Below are positions 20,056 to 31,169 of a stretch of 32,000 nucleotides of DNA, one piece after another. The stretch is taken from the NCBI RefSeq assembly GCF_001888055.1, contig NZ_LXHZ01000015.1:18552-50551 (forward strand), written 5' to 3'. Made by a program: the position numbers and the translations under genes. The first letter of the stretch is position 1. Every line of letters begins with the position of its first letter. The notes beneath the pieces are model-generated. The model was not told the DNA's origin, did no database searches, and saw only the letters and a list, made by a program, of their open reading frames with translations. This stretch comes from Rappaport israeli (GTDB taxonomy: Bacteria > Pseudomonadota > Gammaproteobacteria > Cardiobacteriales > Cardiobacteriaceae).

Positions 20056-21065
20056 TGAATAATCACAAAAGAGGAGGCGTTATGATGCAAGCAACAAATA
20101 AAGTTGAGGGACAAAAACAATTATTTAATGCGAAGTATTTATTTAATACTTATGGCATGTTGATGATTTTATTAATATTATTTTTTAGTCTATCGGCAGC
20201 GATTGATGGGTTTATGTCATTAAGAACAATATTGAGCATTATGGAGCAGGTGTCGATGTTTGGCATTATTTCCATAGGGGTTACTTTTGCCATTATTACT
20301 TGTGGCATTGATTTGTCTTCTGGGGCGGTGGTGGCACTGGCGGCTGTTGTGGCGGCAAGTGTGGTTTCTGCGGCAGATAATGCGTTTGCAGCGATTGCAG
20401 GTTTTGCCGCAGCGATTGCAGTCGGTGCGGTTTGTGGGGTGATTAATGGTGGGTTCACAGCGATTGGTAAGATTCCACCTTTTATTGCAACACTTGGCAT
20501 GATGACGATTGCTAGAGGGGCTGCGCAAATAGCCTCTGGTGGTCGTCCGATTGATGCGAGCAGTGATGCCTTTACTTGGATTGCAGATATGTCGGTATTG
20601 GGAATTCCTGGGTTGGTGTTGATTTATAGTATGGTGGCGATAGTGGCGCATATTTTATTGAGTCGTTCGCGTTTTGGGCGGCATGTGTATGCAATTGGAG
20701 GAAATGTACATGCAGCGCGTATTTCAGGGATTAATGTGCGACGGACGCTGATGTTGGTTTATACCTTTGCAGGGGCGTTGGCGGGTCTTGCTGGGGCAAT
20801 GTTGGCAGCTAGGACATATGCAGGTAATCCTGCTTACGGCAATATGTGGGAATTAGATGCGATTGCGGCAGCGGTAATTGGAGGGACGTCCTTGGCAGGG
20901 GGGATTGGTTCTGTACCAATGTGTGTGGTGGGGGCATTGATTATTGGGACGACTAATAAGGGATTGAATTTGTTGGGTGTTGACCCTTATTGGCAGCAGA
21001 TTGTTAAGGGATGCATTATTATATTTGCGGTGTTATTGGATACTCTTAAGCGTAGACGTAGTTAG
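20055..21065 (+). CDS. sugar ABC transporter permease (RbsC/branched-chain-type BPD_transp_2)
   Basis: 336-aa polytopic protein with motifs typical of ribose-type permeases (GIDLSSGAV, TLGMMTIARG, GGTSLAGG). Its start overlaps the ATPase stop (TAATG). Confidence 0.85.
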   Translation: MNNHKRGGVMMQATNKVEGQKQLFNAKYLFNTYGMLMILLILFFSLSAAIDGFMSLRTILSIMEQVSMFGIISIGVTFAIITCGIDLSSGAVVALAAVVAASVVSAADNAFAAIAGFAAAIAVGAVCGVINGGFTAIGKIPPFIATLGMMTIARGAAQIASGGRPIDASSDAFTWIADMSVLGIPGLVLIYSMVAIVAHILLSRSRFGRHVYAIGGNVHAARISGINVRRTLMLVYTFAGALAGLAGAMLAARTYAGNPAYGNMWELDAIAAAVIGGTSLAGGIGSVPMCVVGALIIGTTNKGLNLLGVDPYWQQIVKGCIIIFAVLLDTLKRRRS

Positions 21066-21099
21066 GTATTAATTAGGATTATTTGTGGTTTTAAACTGT

Positions 21100-21155
21100 G
21101 CCTGAATGGTTGGATTTATTCTCCAGCATTCAAGGCGCAGATTTTTTATTTTTTT
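21100..21155 (+). terminator. possible terminator of the ABC operon
   Basis: An imperfect stem, gcctgaatg (21100-08) with cattcaaggc (21127-36), has an 18-nt loop. It is followed by attttttattttttt (21141-55). Confidence 0.4.
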
Positions 21156-21370
21156 AGGTGGGATGTTGAGGTGAATTTGAAAAGGTTTTTTATGATGCGG
21201 TGTTGGTGAATACGCGTTGGATGTGTAGATGAAGGGCTTTTATTGGGTGGGTTTGTGGTTTGTGGTTGACAATGGGTTTGTAGTGTCGGCACAATTTTTG
21301 TTTTGCTCTGTTTGTTTAGTGCGGACTGTTCTAAAATAATTGTTTATTCAACGCTTAAGGGTTTTTTAAT

Positions 21371-22368
21371 ATGCAATGGTCGTTACAAAAGGCGCGGGTG
21401 CTTTATGAGTTGCCTTTTATGGATTTGTTATTTGAGGCGCAGAAGGTGCATCGGGCGCATCATGAGGCGAATGCGGTGCAAATTAGTACGCTTTTATCAA
21501 TTAAGACGGGGGCGTGTCCTGAGGATTGTAAGTATTGTCCGCAAAGTGCGCGTTATAAGACGGGGGTGGCGCGGGAGGCGTTGTTGCAGGTGGAGGAGAT
21601 TGTGCAGGCGGCTGAAAATGCGCGGGCTCAGGGGGCGACGCGATTTTGTATGGGGGCGGCGTGGCGTAATCCTAAAGAGAGTGATATGCCTTATTTGCAG
21701 GAGGTGATTGCTAGGGTGAAGGCGTTGGGGTTGGAGACGTGTATGACGCTTGGGATGTTGGATGCGGATAAGGCGCGTACTTTGGCGGAGGCGGGGTTGG
21801 ATTATTACAATCATAATTTGGATACTTCGCGGCGTTATTATAGTGAGATTATTTCTACGCGTAGTTATGATGATCGTTTGCAGACGCTTGAGCATGTGCG
21901 TGAGGCGGGGATGAAGGTGTGCTCGGGGGGGGATTTTGGGAATGGGGGGAGGAGAGTGATGACCAGTTGGCAATGTTGGTGGAGCTGGCGAATTTGCCGC
22001 GTCCGCCTGAGTCTGTGCCGATTAATCAGTTGGTGCGGGTGAAGGGGACGCCATTGGCGCAGGTGGATGATTTGGAGCCGTTTGATTTTATTCGGGTGAT
22101 TGCGGTGGCGCGGATTATGATGCCACGTTCGGCGGTGAGGTTATCAGCAGGGCGTGAGCAGATGAATGAGCAGATGCAGGCGTTGTGTTTTATGGCTGGG
22201 GCAAATTCGATTTTCTATGGCTGTAAGTTGTTGACAACACCTAATCCTGAGGCGGATGTGGATAGGCGGTTGTTTGCGAAGTTGGGGATTAATGGGGTGC
22301 GTCAGGCGGTGGTGGAGGTTGAGGCGCAGGCGGAGCAGGCGTCGGTGGGGATGTATTATCCTGCATGA
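21371..22368 (+). pseudogene. bioB: biotin synthase BioB; two extra G's in G8 and G6 runs
   Basis: The radical-SAM motif [11 protein letters not shown] and the C-terminal [35 protein letters not shown] are present. ORFs 21371-22042 and 21919-22368 are bridged only by reading 5 codons (ILGMG) in the third frame, between G8 (21925-32) and G6 (21944-49). The span is 998 nt (3n+2). Confidence 0.9.
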
Positions 22369-22390
22369 TGGTTGTTTGGCTTGTTTAAAG

Positions 22391-22424
22391 CGCTGCCGCG
22401 GTGTGAGCTGGGTGGCGTTTTTTT
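22391..22424 (+). terminator. possible terminator after bioB
   Basis: cgctgcc (22391-97) pairs with ggtggcg (22411-17), including G-U pairs. T7 follows at 22418-24. Confidence 0.35.
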
Positions 22425-22431
22425 GTATTGA

Positions 22432-24162
<1,731 letters not shown>

Positions 24163-24176
24163 CGCTTATGTTGGGA

Positions 24177-24302
24177 TTAACGTTGACGCGCTTTTAGGCG
24201 TGGGTCAGTTTTGCAGATGACAAAAATTTTGCCATGACGGCGAACAACTTGGCAGTCACGGCTACGGTTTTTTGCCGATTTTAATGAAGATAATACTTTC
24301 AT
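24177..24302 (-). CDS. ykgO: 50S ribosomal protein L36, type B (non-zinc-ribbon YkgO-like paralogue)
   Basis: This gene is not in the ORF track (41 aa). My manual translation is [41 protein letters not shown]. Only two Cys remain of the CxxC...C...H pattern. AAGGAA RBS lies upstream. Confidence 0.85.
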   Translation of the reverse strand: MKVLSSLKSAKNRSRDCQVVRRHGKIFVICKTDPRLKARQR

Positions 24303-24334
24303 GATTATTCCTTTTGTTATGTTTAAGGGCGCAT

Positions 24335-24363
24335 ATGCTATCGATTAATGGCGATAAAATCAA
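24335..24363 (-). promoter_or_regulatory. candidate sigma-70 promoter of the L36 gene
   Basis: On the minus strand: -35 TTGATT (24358-63), a 17-nt spacer, -10 TAGCAT (24335-40). Confidence 0.3.
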
Positions 24364-24424
24364 GAGGATTAAGGGTTTGGGGAAATAATTTTATGGCAGA
24401 GGAGGGATTTATGGGGGTGTGCTG

Positions 24425-25674
24425 TTATTCTTTAAATTCCAGTGGTAATTGTCGTTCGTCGTAGGCTTGGAGGAGTGATTCGGTGAGCGGTTGGGTCATT
24501 GGGGTGTAGGTTACGCTTTGTTCGTGGCGCGTGTCGCTGGCGCGTTGGGTGATGCGATAGAGCGCGAAGAGGAAAAAAGCACCCATTACGATGGCAATGG
24601 TGAGGAAGAAGGCATGGTTGGAGAGGGTTTGCATGAGCAGTCCAGTGAGCATGGGCCGCTGATGGCTCCAAGTCCGCCAACTAGTACAATGGTGCTGGCG
24701 GCTGGGACGACTTCGTCGCTACTAAGCCAGTCGTTGATGTAGGCGGTAGACATGCCATTTAGGGGCATGACAAATCCGCCTGCTAACACGAATAAGGGTA
24801 AAAGTAGGGTTAGGTTGTTGCCAACAAATGGGGCGGCAAGTGTGGTTGCGCCGCCGATTAATGCGGAGCTGGCGAGGATGAGGCGGCGGTCGAAACGGTC
24901 GGATAGGCGTCCAATGGGGAGGGTGAAGAATAAAGCGCCAATATTTAATGCCATGACAACCCATGCAGCACGAGTGGCGATGATGCCGTTATTGACGGCA
25001 TAAATGGGGGCAAGTGAGGTGAGTGTTCCTACGCAAAAGTTGGCAGCAAATACGCCTACAAATCCAAGCGGAGAGCGTTGATAGAGTTTTTTTAGGCTCA
25101 TAAAGTGATGTTGGTCGCTGGTGGTGGGTGCGCTAATGCGGGTGAGTAGGAGGGGAATGGAGGCAACGGAGATGGTTATAGAGGCGATGGAAAATAGTAA
25201 AAAGCTGGTGGGGGCAATGAAGTTGAAAAATAATTGTCCAATGGTGCCCGAAGCATAGATGACCATGAGATAGACGGCGATAGCTTGTCCGCGGTCTTGG
25301 TTGCTGCTTTGGGCGTTTAGCCAGCTTTCGCTGATGATATAAAGCCCTGAAATGCAAAATCCTGTGATAAAACGAATGAGCATCCAGTGCCATGAACTTA
25401 AAAATACGCTATGCAATAAGATGGTGACTGAACATAGCGCTGAGAGGGCTGCAAAAACGCGGATATGTCCAACGCTAGCAATGTAGCGTCCAGCGGTTAA
25501 GGCGCTGATTAAAAATCCAATAAAGAAGCTTGCCATGATAAAGCCAAGTTCGGTTTGTGAAAAACCTTCGGCTTGACCACGTAGGGCGATGAGGGTGTTT
25601 TGTAAACCTGTTCCAATCATCATTAAACTAATGCTGAAAAATAAAATTTTATGGTGGTGTAGGGCTTTTAGCAT
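24425..25674 (-). pseudogene. MFS transporter; one missing base near the 3' end
   Basis: ORFs 24586-25674 and 24425-24652 encode about 12 TM segments in total. The junction GGLGAISGP|MLTGLLMQ is restored if coding-strand ggcccatg had one more c (+ strand G3 at 24653-55). The span is 1250 nt (3n+2). Confidence 0.8.
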
Positions 25675-25786
25675 GGTTTGGTCCTTCTTTTATCAGGATT
25701 GATTGGGGAAAAAAGGCGCTTATGATAATGATACTTACGCATTTGTCTAATGCGCTATGGGAAATTTTTGTGTGGGCATTGTTGTA

Positions 25787-25808
25787 GCTTAACCTGCTAG
25801 GGTTAAGC
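25787..25808. other. 8-bp-stem hairpin just downstream of the 385-aa ORF
   Basis: gcttaacc / tgctag / ggttaagc. No U-tail follows on either strand. Confidence 0.3.
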
Positions 25809-25816
25809 CATATGAT

Positions 25817-26974
25817 TTAGTGGGGAAAAGGTATTTTGTGGGATTTTAATTTTGCTTGGATGTGGGGTTTTAGTCGTTGGTATAGTCGACGATTAGGAAG
25901 ACAGGCGAAAAAGCCTAAAATGATGAATAACCAAAGAAGGATGCGTGGGAATTTATTGAGGAGGGTGTCAATGATTAGTTCGGGGAAGGCGCCTTTATAA
26001 AAAACTTTACCCGCATGAGTGAATAAAGCGATTTTGGCAAAATTATCCGCTCCAACTTTATCAAAAATACGCATGCCTTTTTCGCCAAAGCTGACGGCTT
26101 CTTTGTATAAGGCATGATTTTTAGGGGAGATATGTTTTGAGCTTTTTACAGCAAGATCACCGCCAATGCGATAGATACTGGCGGCGTGTCTTTCAAATTG
26201 CTTGGAAAATCTTGCCATTGTGGCAAGGGATTGTGCGTCTGTGGTGTGCGCGAGAAGTTCTGCACCGCCACGAACTTTAGCCAGTGAGGAAACGTCGCCA
26301 AGTAGCGAGCTAAGGGTATCTATACTTTTGGTTTTTTTGCCTTTTTTTGCAGCATCTATTAGAGTGTGCGTGAGCCATTTGGGCATTTTTCCTAATTTGC
26401 GGAGTGCTTTTAAGGTGATGAGGCTACTTTTTGCCATAGTTGCGCTGACAAAAGAGGGCGCAGCAGCGCCTGCACTGCTTACGCTGGCAGCACCACTGGC
26501 TAATTGTGCGCCACTGGCGAGTGCGCCAAGAGAGGCTAAGGCAACGAGCACTTCATCAACTTCTTCACCTTTGGCTAGATGGATTCCTTCTTGCGCAAGG
26601 TCTCGGATATCGCCTATGAGTAAAAAATCAGTGGCAACACCAACCACGCGCCCAATATTTTCATCGCTTTGCCCTGAAAATAGACCTTCTTTAACTTTAC
26701 CTAGTTGATAAAGCCAGCGTTGGCGTTCGGCGCTAATGTCTTGGTAGAGGGTTTGCGCGGTAAGATTGTTTTGCATGTAGTCAAGTTCTAGAAAAAATTC
26801 TAGATAATCCGCGGCTTCGGCATAACGCTTTTCCTCGACAAGTCGCTGGGCTTCAGGCACTGGGTCGATGCGCTGTAGGCTAAGAGCATAAAGGCGATTT
26901 TGATTCCATAAAACGTTGGCTGAAATCAGCGCAAGAATAATTAATATCGCTCTGATGATAATGGATTTAATCAT
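25817..26974 (-). CDS. hypothetical membrane-anchored protein (TM helices at both termini, central Ala/Ser/Gly-rich region)
   Basis: 385-aa ORF whose composition matches its neighbours. N-terminal TM IIIRAILIILALISANVLW; C-terminal TM ILLWLFIILGFFACL. Its start overlaps the mgsA stop (ATGATTAA). I recognise no family. Confidence 0.6.
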   Translation of the reverse strand: MIKSIIIRAILIILALISANVLWNQNRLYALSLQRIDPVPEAQRLVEEKRYAEAADYLEFFLELDYMQNNLTAQTLYQDISAERQRWLYQLGKVKEGLFSGQSDENIGRVVGVATDFLLIGDIRDLAQEGIHLAKGEEVDEVLVALASLGALASGAQLASGAASVSSAGAAAPSFVSATMAKSSLITLKALRKLGKMPKWLTHTLIDAAKKGKKTKSIDTLSSLLGDVSSLAKVRGGAELLAHTTDAQSLATMARFSKQFERHAASIYRIGGDLAVKSSKHISPKNHALYKEAVSFGEKGMRIFDKVGADNFAKIALFTHAGKVFYKGAFPELIIDTLLNKFPRILLWLFIILGFFACLPNRRLYQRLKPHIQAKLKSHKIPFPH

Positions 26975-27380
26975 TGGGTTGGGTGGTTTGGCTTAGAGCT
27001 TGAATAAGGAGTTCGGCGGTGCGCTCGTTGGTGGCAAGAGCAATTTGTGCAACAGCAGCAATGCGAATGAGCGCTTTAACGTCTACATCATGCGGGGCGG
27101 CGTAAAGGGGGTCAAAAAAGAATATCAGTAGGTCGAGGCGCCTTTCGGCAATCATGGCGCCAATTTGTTGGTCGCCGCCTAAAGGACCAGATAAAAGTCG
27201 GGTTACTTGTAGATCGGTTTGGGCTTGAATGTGTTCTCCGGTGGTGCCAGTGGTATAAATTTGACAGTTTTTTAGCCATTGTTGGTGGCGTTTTGCCCAG
27301 TCGGTCATGGCGGGTTTGAGCGCATCATGGGCGACTAGGGCGACGTTTAGGGTTTTATTGTGTTGCATTGTATTGACCAT
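26967..27380 (-). CDS. mgsA: methylglyoxal synthase
   Basis: VALVAHD, TTGTTG, SGPLGGDQQIGA and PHDVDVKALIR motifs are present. Confidence 0.9.
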   Translation of the reverse strand: MVNTMQHNKTLNVALVAHDALKPAMTDWAKRHQQWLKNCQIYTTGTTGEHIQAQTDLQVTRLLSGPLGGDQQIGAMIAERRLDLLIFFFDPLYAAPHDVDVKALIRIAAVAQIALATNERTAELLIQALSQTTQPND

Positions 27381-27385
27381 GAGTT

Positions 27386-27419
27386 AGATAAAATAAAAGT
27401 CCTAAATATTAGGACTTTT
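27386..27419 (-). terminator. rho-independent terminator after sucD
   Basis: aaaagtcctaa / ata / ttaggactttt (27395-27419). On the minus strand it is followed by ttttattttatc. Confidence 0.7.
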
Positions 27420-27438
27420 ATGCGTAGGATTATTTATC

Positions 27439-28310
27439 TTAAGCTTGCATGAGTTGTTTTAAGGTAGCGCCCATATCAGCAGGAGAGCGCACGGTGGTTA
27501 CACCAGCAGCTTCTAAAGCGCGGAATTTATCTTCCGCTGTTCCTTTGCCACCAGAAATAATCGCGCCTGCATGTCCCATACGTTTTCCTGGAGGCGCGGT
27601 TACGCCAGCAATATAAGCTACGACGGGTTTGGTCACATGCGCTTTGATGTAATCAGCAGCCTCTTCTTCAGCACTGCCACCGATTTCACCGACCATAATG
27701 ATGCCTTTGGTTTGTTCATCTTGCTCAAATGCAGCAAGAACATCAACAAAACTGGTGCCGTTTATAGGGTCGCCACCAATGCCAACACTGGTTGATTGTC
27801 CAAGACCCGTTTGCGTGGTTTGGTGTACTGCTTCATAGGTGAGTGTGCCTGAGCGCGACACAATGCCAACGCTCCCTTTTTGATGGATATGTCCAGGCAT
27901 AATGCCCATTTTGCATTCCCCAACAGTAATCACACCTGGGCAATTGGGTCCAATAAGGCGCACATCGCTCCCTTTTAGCGCGGCTTTAACGCGCATCATA
28001 TCCAAAACGGGAATGCCTTCTGTAATACAAGCAATCACTTTTATCCCTGCATCAGCTGCTTCTAAAATGGCATCAGCTGCAAAGGGTGGGGGGACGAAAA
28101 TCATGGAAGCATCTGCGCCAGTTTCACTAACGGCTTCATAGCAGTTGTTAAATACTGGGCGCTCTAGATGGGTTTGTCCGCCTTTGTTTGGCGTGATACC
28201 ACCGACAAGGTTAGTGCCGTAGGCGATGGCTTGCTCAGAGTGGAATGTCCCCTGTGAGCCAGTAAAGCTTGGGTGATAACTTTGGTATTTTTATTGATAT
28301 AGATACTCAT
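27439..28310 (-). pseudogene. sucD: succinate--CoA ligase subunit alpha; one missing base near the 5' end
   Basis: The frame of ORF 27439-28104 continues upstream as [42 protein letters not shown] 28310 ([14 protein letters not shown]) is in another frame. One missing base at about 28268 (caa g-c ttt) would join them. The span is 872 nt (3n+2). Confidence 0.9.
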
Positions 28311-28319
28311 AAAAACCTC

Positions 28320-29480
28320 TTACTGTGCGGCGGCAACCGCTTTTTTGGCGGCGTCGGTTAAATCGTCTGCAGCGGTAATGTTTAAACCGCTATCGTTTAG
28401 CATTTTGCGTCCAAGTTCAACATTTGTGCCTTGTAAGCGCACAACGACAGGAACACCTAACTCCATTTCCTTAGCAGCGCTAATAATGCCTTCGGCGATT
28501 AAATCACAGCGCACGATGCCCCCAAAAATATTGACCAAAATGGATTTAACCTCTTCAGAACTTAAAATAAGTTTAAATGCCTGTTTGACGCGCTCAGATG
28601 TTGCGCCCCCGCCCACATCAAGGAAGTTTGCAGGTTGTCCGCCATGAAGTTTAACGATATCCATTGTTGCCATGGCAAGTCCTGCACCATTAACCATACA
28701 GCCAATATTGCCCTCTAGCGCAACATAGTTTAGTTCAAGTTCAGCGGCTTTATTTTCGCGTTCATCTTCTTGGCTTGGGTCGCGCATTTGTGCAAGGTCT
28801 TTGTGGCGATAAAGCGCGTTATCATCTACGCCAATTTTGGCGTCTAAAGCGAGTAAATTGCCCTCACCCGTGACAATTAAAGGATTGATTTCAATCATGG
28901 CAAGGTCTTTTTCAATGAATAATTGATATAAGCCTTCGAGCAATTGTGCAAGCTGATTGATTTGCGCTTTTTCAAGTCCCATAGCAAAACCTAAGCGACG
29001 TCCGATATAAGAGGAGTAGCCTGCAGCGGGGTCAACGCTAATATTGAAAATCTTTTCAGGAGTAGATTCTGCCACTTCTTCAATATCCATACCGCCTTCT
29101 GCTGAGGCGATAAAAGAAACGCTTTTGGTTGCACGGTCAACCAAGGCGCAAACATATAATTCATTAGCAATATCAAGACCTTCTTCAATAAGAACGGCAT
29201 TGATGGGTAGTTTGGTATCGCCAGTTTGTTTAGTTTGTAGTGTACTGCCAATCATGGCTTGGGCGTGGGTTTTTACCTCATCTAGTGATTTGGCAACTTT
29301 AACGCCACCTGCTTTGCCACGTCCACCAGCATGGACTTGTGCTTTGACAACCCAAACATTGCCCCCTAATTTCTCTGCCGCTTGTTCGGCTTCTTCGACG
29401 GTTTGCGCTAAAATACTGCGCGGTACGCTGACGCCATACTCGCTAAACAGCGCTTTTGCTTGATATTCATGCAAATTCAT
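28320..29480 (-). CDS. sucC: succinate--CoA ligase (ADP-forming) subunit beta
   Basis: [12 protein letters not shown]..., [18 protein letters not shown] and [10 protein letters not shown] are present. ATG 29480 is preferred over the 15-codon upstream extension. Confidence 0.95.
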   Translation of the reverse strand: MNLHEYQAKALFSEYGVSVPRSILAQTVEEAEQAAEKLGGNVWVVKAQVHAGGRGKAGGVKVAKSLDEVKTHAQAMIGSTLQTKQTGDTKLPINAVLIEEGLDIANELYVCALVDRATKSVSFIASAEGGMDIEEVAESTPEKIFNISVDPAAGYSSYIGRRLGFAMGLEKAQINQLAQLLEGLYQLFIEKDLAMIEINPLIVTGEGNLLALDAKIGVDDNALYRHKDLAQMRDPSQEDERENKAAELELNYVALEGNIGCMVNGAGLAMATMDIVKLHGGQPANFLDVGGGATSERVKQAFKLILSSEEVKSILVNIFGGIVRCDLIAEGIISAAKEMELGVPVVVRLQGTNVELGRKMLNDSGLNITAADDLTDAAKKAVAAAQ

Positions 29481-29622
29481 AGGTTTTCCTAGTGTTGAAT
29501 GTAAAAATCGGGGCAATCGTATCAAATATAGCCCTTGATGCTATAACGAGAGGAGATTATCGCTAGAGGTTATGGGTTAATTTAGATTGAATCAGGTTAG
29601 TAGAAAAAAAAGGATTTAAAAA

Positions 29623-30054
29623 ATGTATGCGCATCAAACAACTATAGAGGTTCGTTGGGGAGATATGGATGCCTATGGGCATGTTAATAATACGGTGTTT
29701 TTTCGTTATTTTGAGATGGCGCGCTTTCGCTATTTTGAGGCGTTAAATTTATGTGAGGATGGGGTTATTCCAACCATTGTATTGGCAGCGATAGAGTGTC
29801 AATTTAAACGCGCATTGGTGTATCCAGCAACAATTGTGGTGCATACACGTGTGTTGGATTTAGGGAGTAGTAGCCTGAAAATGCAGGCGATGATTGAGTG
29901 TGAGGGTGAGCTATGCGCCCAAGCAACAGCAACGATGGTTTGGGTGGATAGCCAAACGCATAAGCCGCAAAAAATTCCAATGCAGGCGCGAGAAAAAATT
30001 AAGGCGCATGAGCAGTTTGATAAGAGGGCGGATGAGTATTATTCTGATTGTTAG
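29623..30054 (+). CDS. acyl-CoA thioesterase, 4HBT (YbgC/hotdog) family
   Basis: 143-aa ORF. The N-terminal VRWGDMDAYGHVNNTVFFRYFE is the hotdog-thioesterase catalytic motif. Confidence 0.8.
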   Translation: MYAHQTTIEVRWGDMDAYGHVNNTVFFRYFEMARFRYFEALNLCEDGVIPTIVLAAIECQFKRALVYPATIVVHTRVLDLGSSSLKMQAMIECEGELCAQATATMVWVDSQTHKPQKIPMQAREKIKAHEQFDKRADEYYSDC

Positions 30055-30140
30055 AATTTAAATATATTTTGGTTTTATAGTGAAAAAAGTTTGTGAAATC
30101 AGCTACTACTATGGTTGATTATAAAAACTAACATTTATTT

Positions 30141-31127
30141 TTATGGTGTATTGGCGCGGTGTTGGCGTAGATGTTGAAGTAGGGCGGTCATATCTTCGGG
30201 TAGTGGGCTATGGTATTGACAAGGTTGTGTGCTGTGAGGATGAATGAGCCTAAGTTCGGTGGCATGAAGCGCTTGACGGGGGAAGGTGAGCAAAGCCTCG
30301 CGAATCTCATCGCTTAATCCTTTGGGCAAAACAGGATTATGACCATAAACGCTGTCGCCAACTAAGGGATGATTTAAATATGAAAGATGGACGCGGATTT
30401 GGTGCGTGCGTCCTGTTTCTAGCTGTACGCGTAATAAAGTAATGTCTGAAAAGCGCTCTTCTATCCGATAATGGGTAATGGCAGGTTTGCCATCTTTACG
30501 CACGCTCATACGAACGCGCTCCTTAGGATGTCGTCCAATCGGAAGGTCAATACTATCTCCTGCCGTAACATAGCGATAAACCAGTGCTAGATAAGTTCTG
30601 CCCATGGTGCGCGTTTGCAATTGTTGTACCAAATGCGTATGCGCTTTAGGCGTTCTGGCAACGACCATTACACCAGAAGTTTCTTTGTCTAAACGATGCA
30701 CAATGCCCGCGCGCGGTAGGTTTGCAAGTTCAGGAAAATGAAAAAGTAACGCATTTAAAAGTGTACCATCACGATTACCCGCTGCAGGATGAACCACTAA
30801 TCCCGCGGGCTTGTCAATGACAATAATTGATTTATCAGCATGCAATACATTTAATGCGATATTTTGTGCGTCATTTTTTGTATGCTCACATACGCTTAAA
30901 GTCCCAGAAATATAATCCCCCACACTAAGATTAGATTTATTCTTGGCAGGTTTTTGGTTGAGCAAAATCTCGCCAGATTGAATAGCTTGCTGCCATTGCC
31001 CGCGTGAATAATCAGTAAATTGATGCGCCAAAAATTGATCTAAGCGCCAACCATGATATTCAAGTGGCACCGTTAAATTCACCGTAAAATCATTATTATC
31101 TGTACAATGGGGTTTGTTTGTTAGCAT
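30141..31127 (-). CDS. rluD: 23S rRNA pseudouridine(1911/1915/1917) synthase RluD
   Basis: An S4-like N-terminus and the catalytic HRLDKETSGVMVVA plus TGRTHQIRVH motifs are present. The divergent pairing with bamD is a conserved arrangement. Confidence 0.9.
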   Translation of the reverse strand: MLTNKPHCTDNNDFTVNLTVPLEYHGWRLDQFLAHQFTDYSRGQWQQAIQSGEILLNQKPAKNKSNLSVGDYISGTLSVCEHTKNDAQNIALNVLHADKSIIVIDKPAGLVVHPAAGNRDGTLLNALLFHFPELANLPRAGIVHRLDKETSGVMVVARTPKAHTHLVQQLQTRTMGRTYLALVYRYVTAGDSIDLPIGRHPKERVRMSVRKDGKPAITHYRIEERFSDITLLRVQLETGRTHQIRVHLSYLNHPLVGDSVYGHNPVLPKGLSDEIREALLTFPRQALHATELRLIHPHSTQPCQYHSPLPEDMTALLQHLRQHRANTP

Positions 31128-31169
31128 GTTTTATGTTCTATAATACAATTTTTAAAATCGGAGTTTGCT

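Noticed and set aside
21260-21294. BirA operator-like dyad upstream of bioB (TTGTGGTTGACAATGGGTTTGTAGTGTCGGCACAA), overlapping a possible TTGACA(21266-71)-18-CACAAT(21290-95) promoter
   Set aside because: Only the outer TTGTG/CACAA bases are symmetric. The inner half-sites do not match each other or the TTGTAAACC type half-site. The GT-rich background makes chance TTGTG repeats likely.
24303-24424. Zur box upstream of the L36 paralogue
   Set aside because: Only an isolated TGTTAT half-site (about 24315) is present, with no inverted partner at the right spacing. It also lies downstream of the predicted promoter.
25787-25808. The hairpin gcTTAACC-tgctag-GGTTAAgc shares its TTAACC/GGTTAA arms with the 17510-17528 palindrome, raising the possibility of a second operator or repeat family
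   Set aside because: The spacer length differs (6 versus 3). The location is a 3' gene end rather than a promoter. Two occurrences of a 6-mer dyad in 32 kb of AT-rich DNA can be chance. I kept it only as a possible transcript-end hairpin.
30055-31169. Search for a dif site or DnaA boxes at the skew switch. Candidates were aactaacatttatttttatggtg near 30125, ttttatgttctataat near 31130, and attatgcctattatatgcgtgg within bamD.
   Set aside because: Each shares only a TTATG/TAACAT fragment with the GGTGCGCATAA-TGTATA-TTATGTTAAAT type consensus. Arm spacing and the XerC arm do not fit. I saw no TTATCCACA clusters. A negative result by eye is weak evidence, because the true site could lie outside the window.
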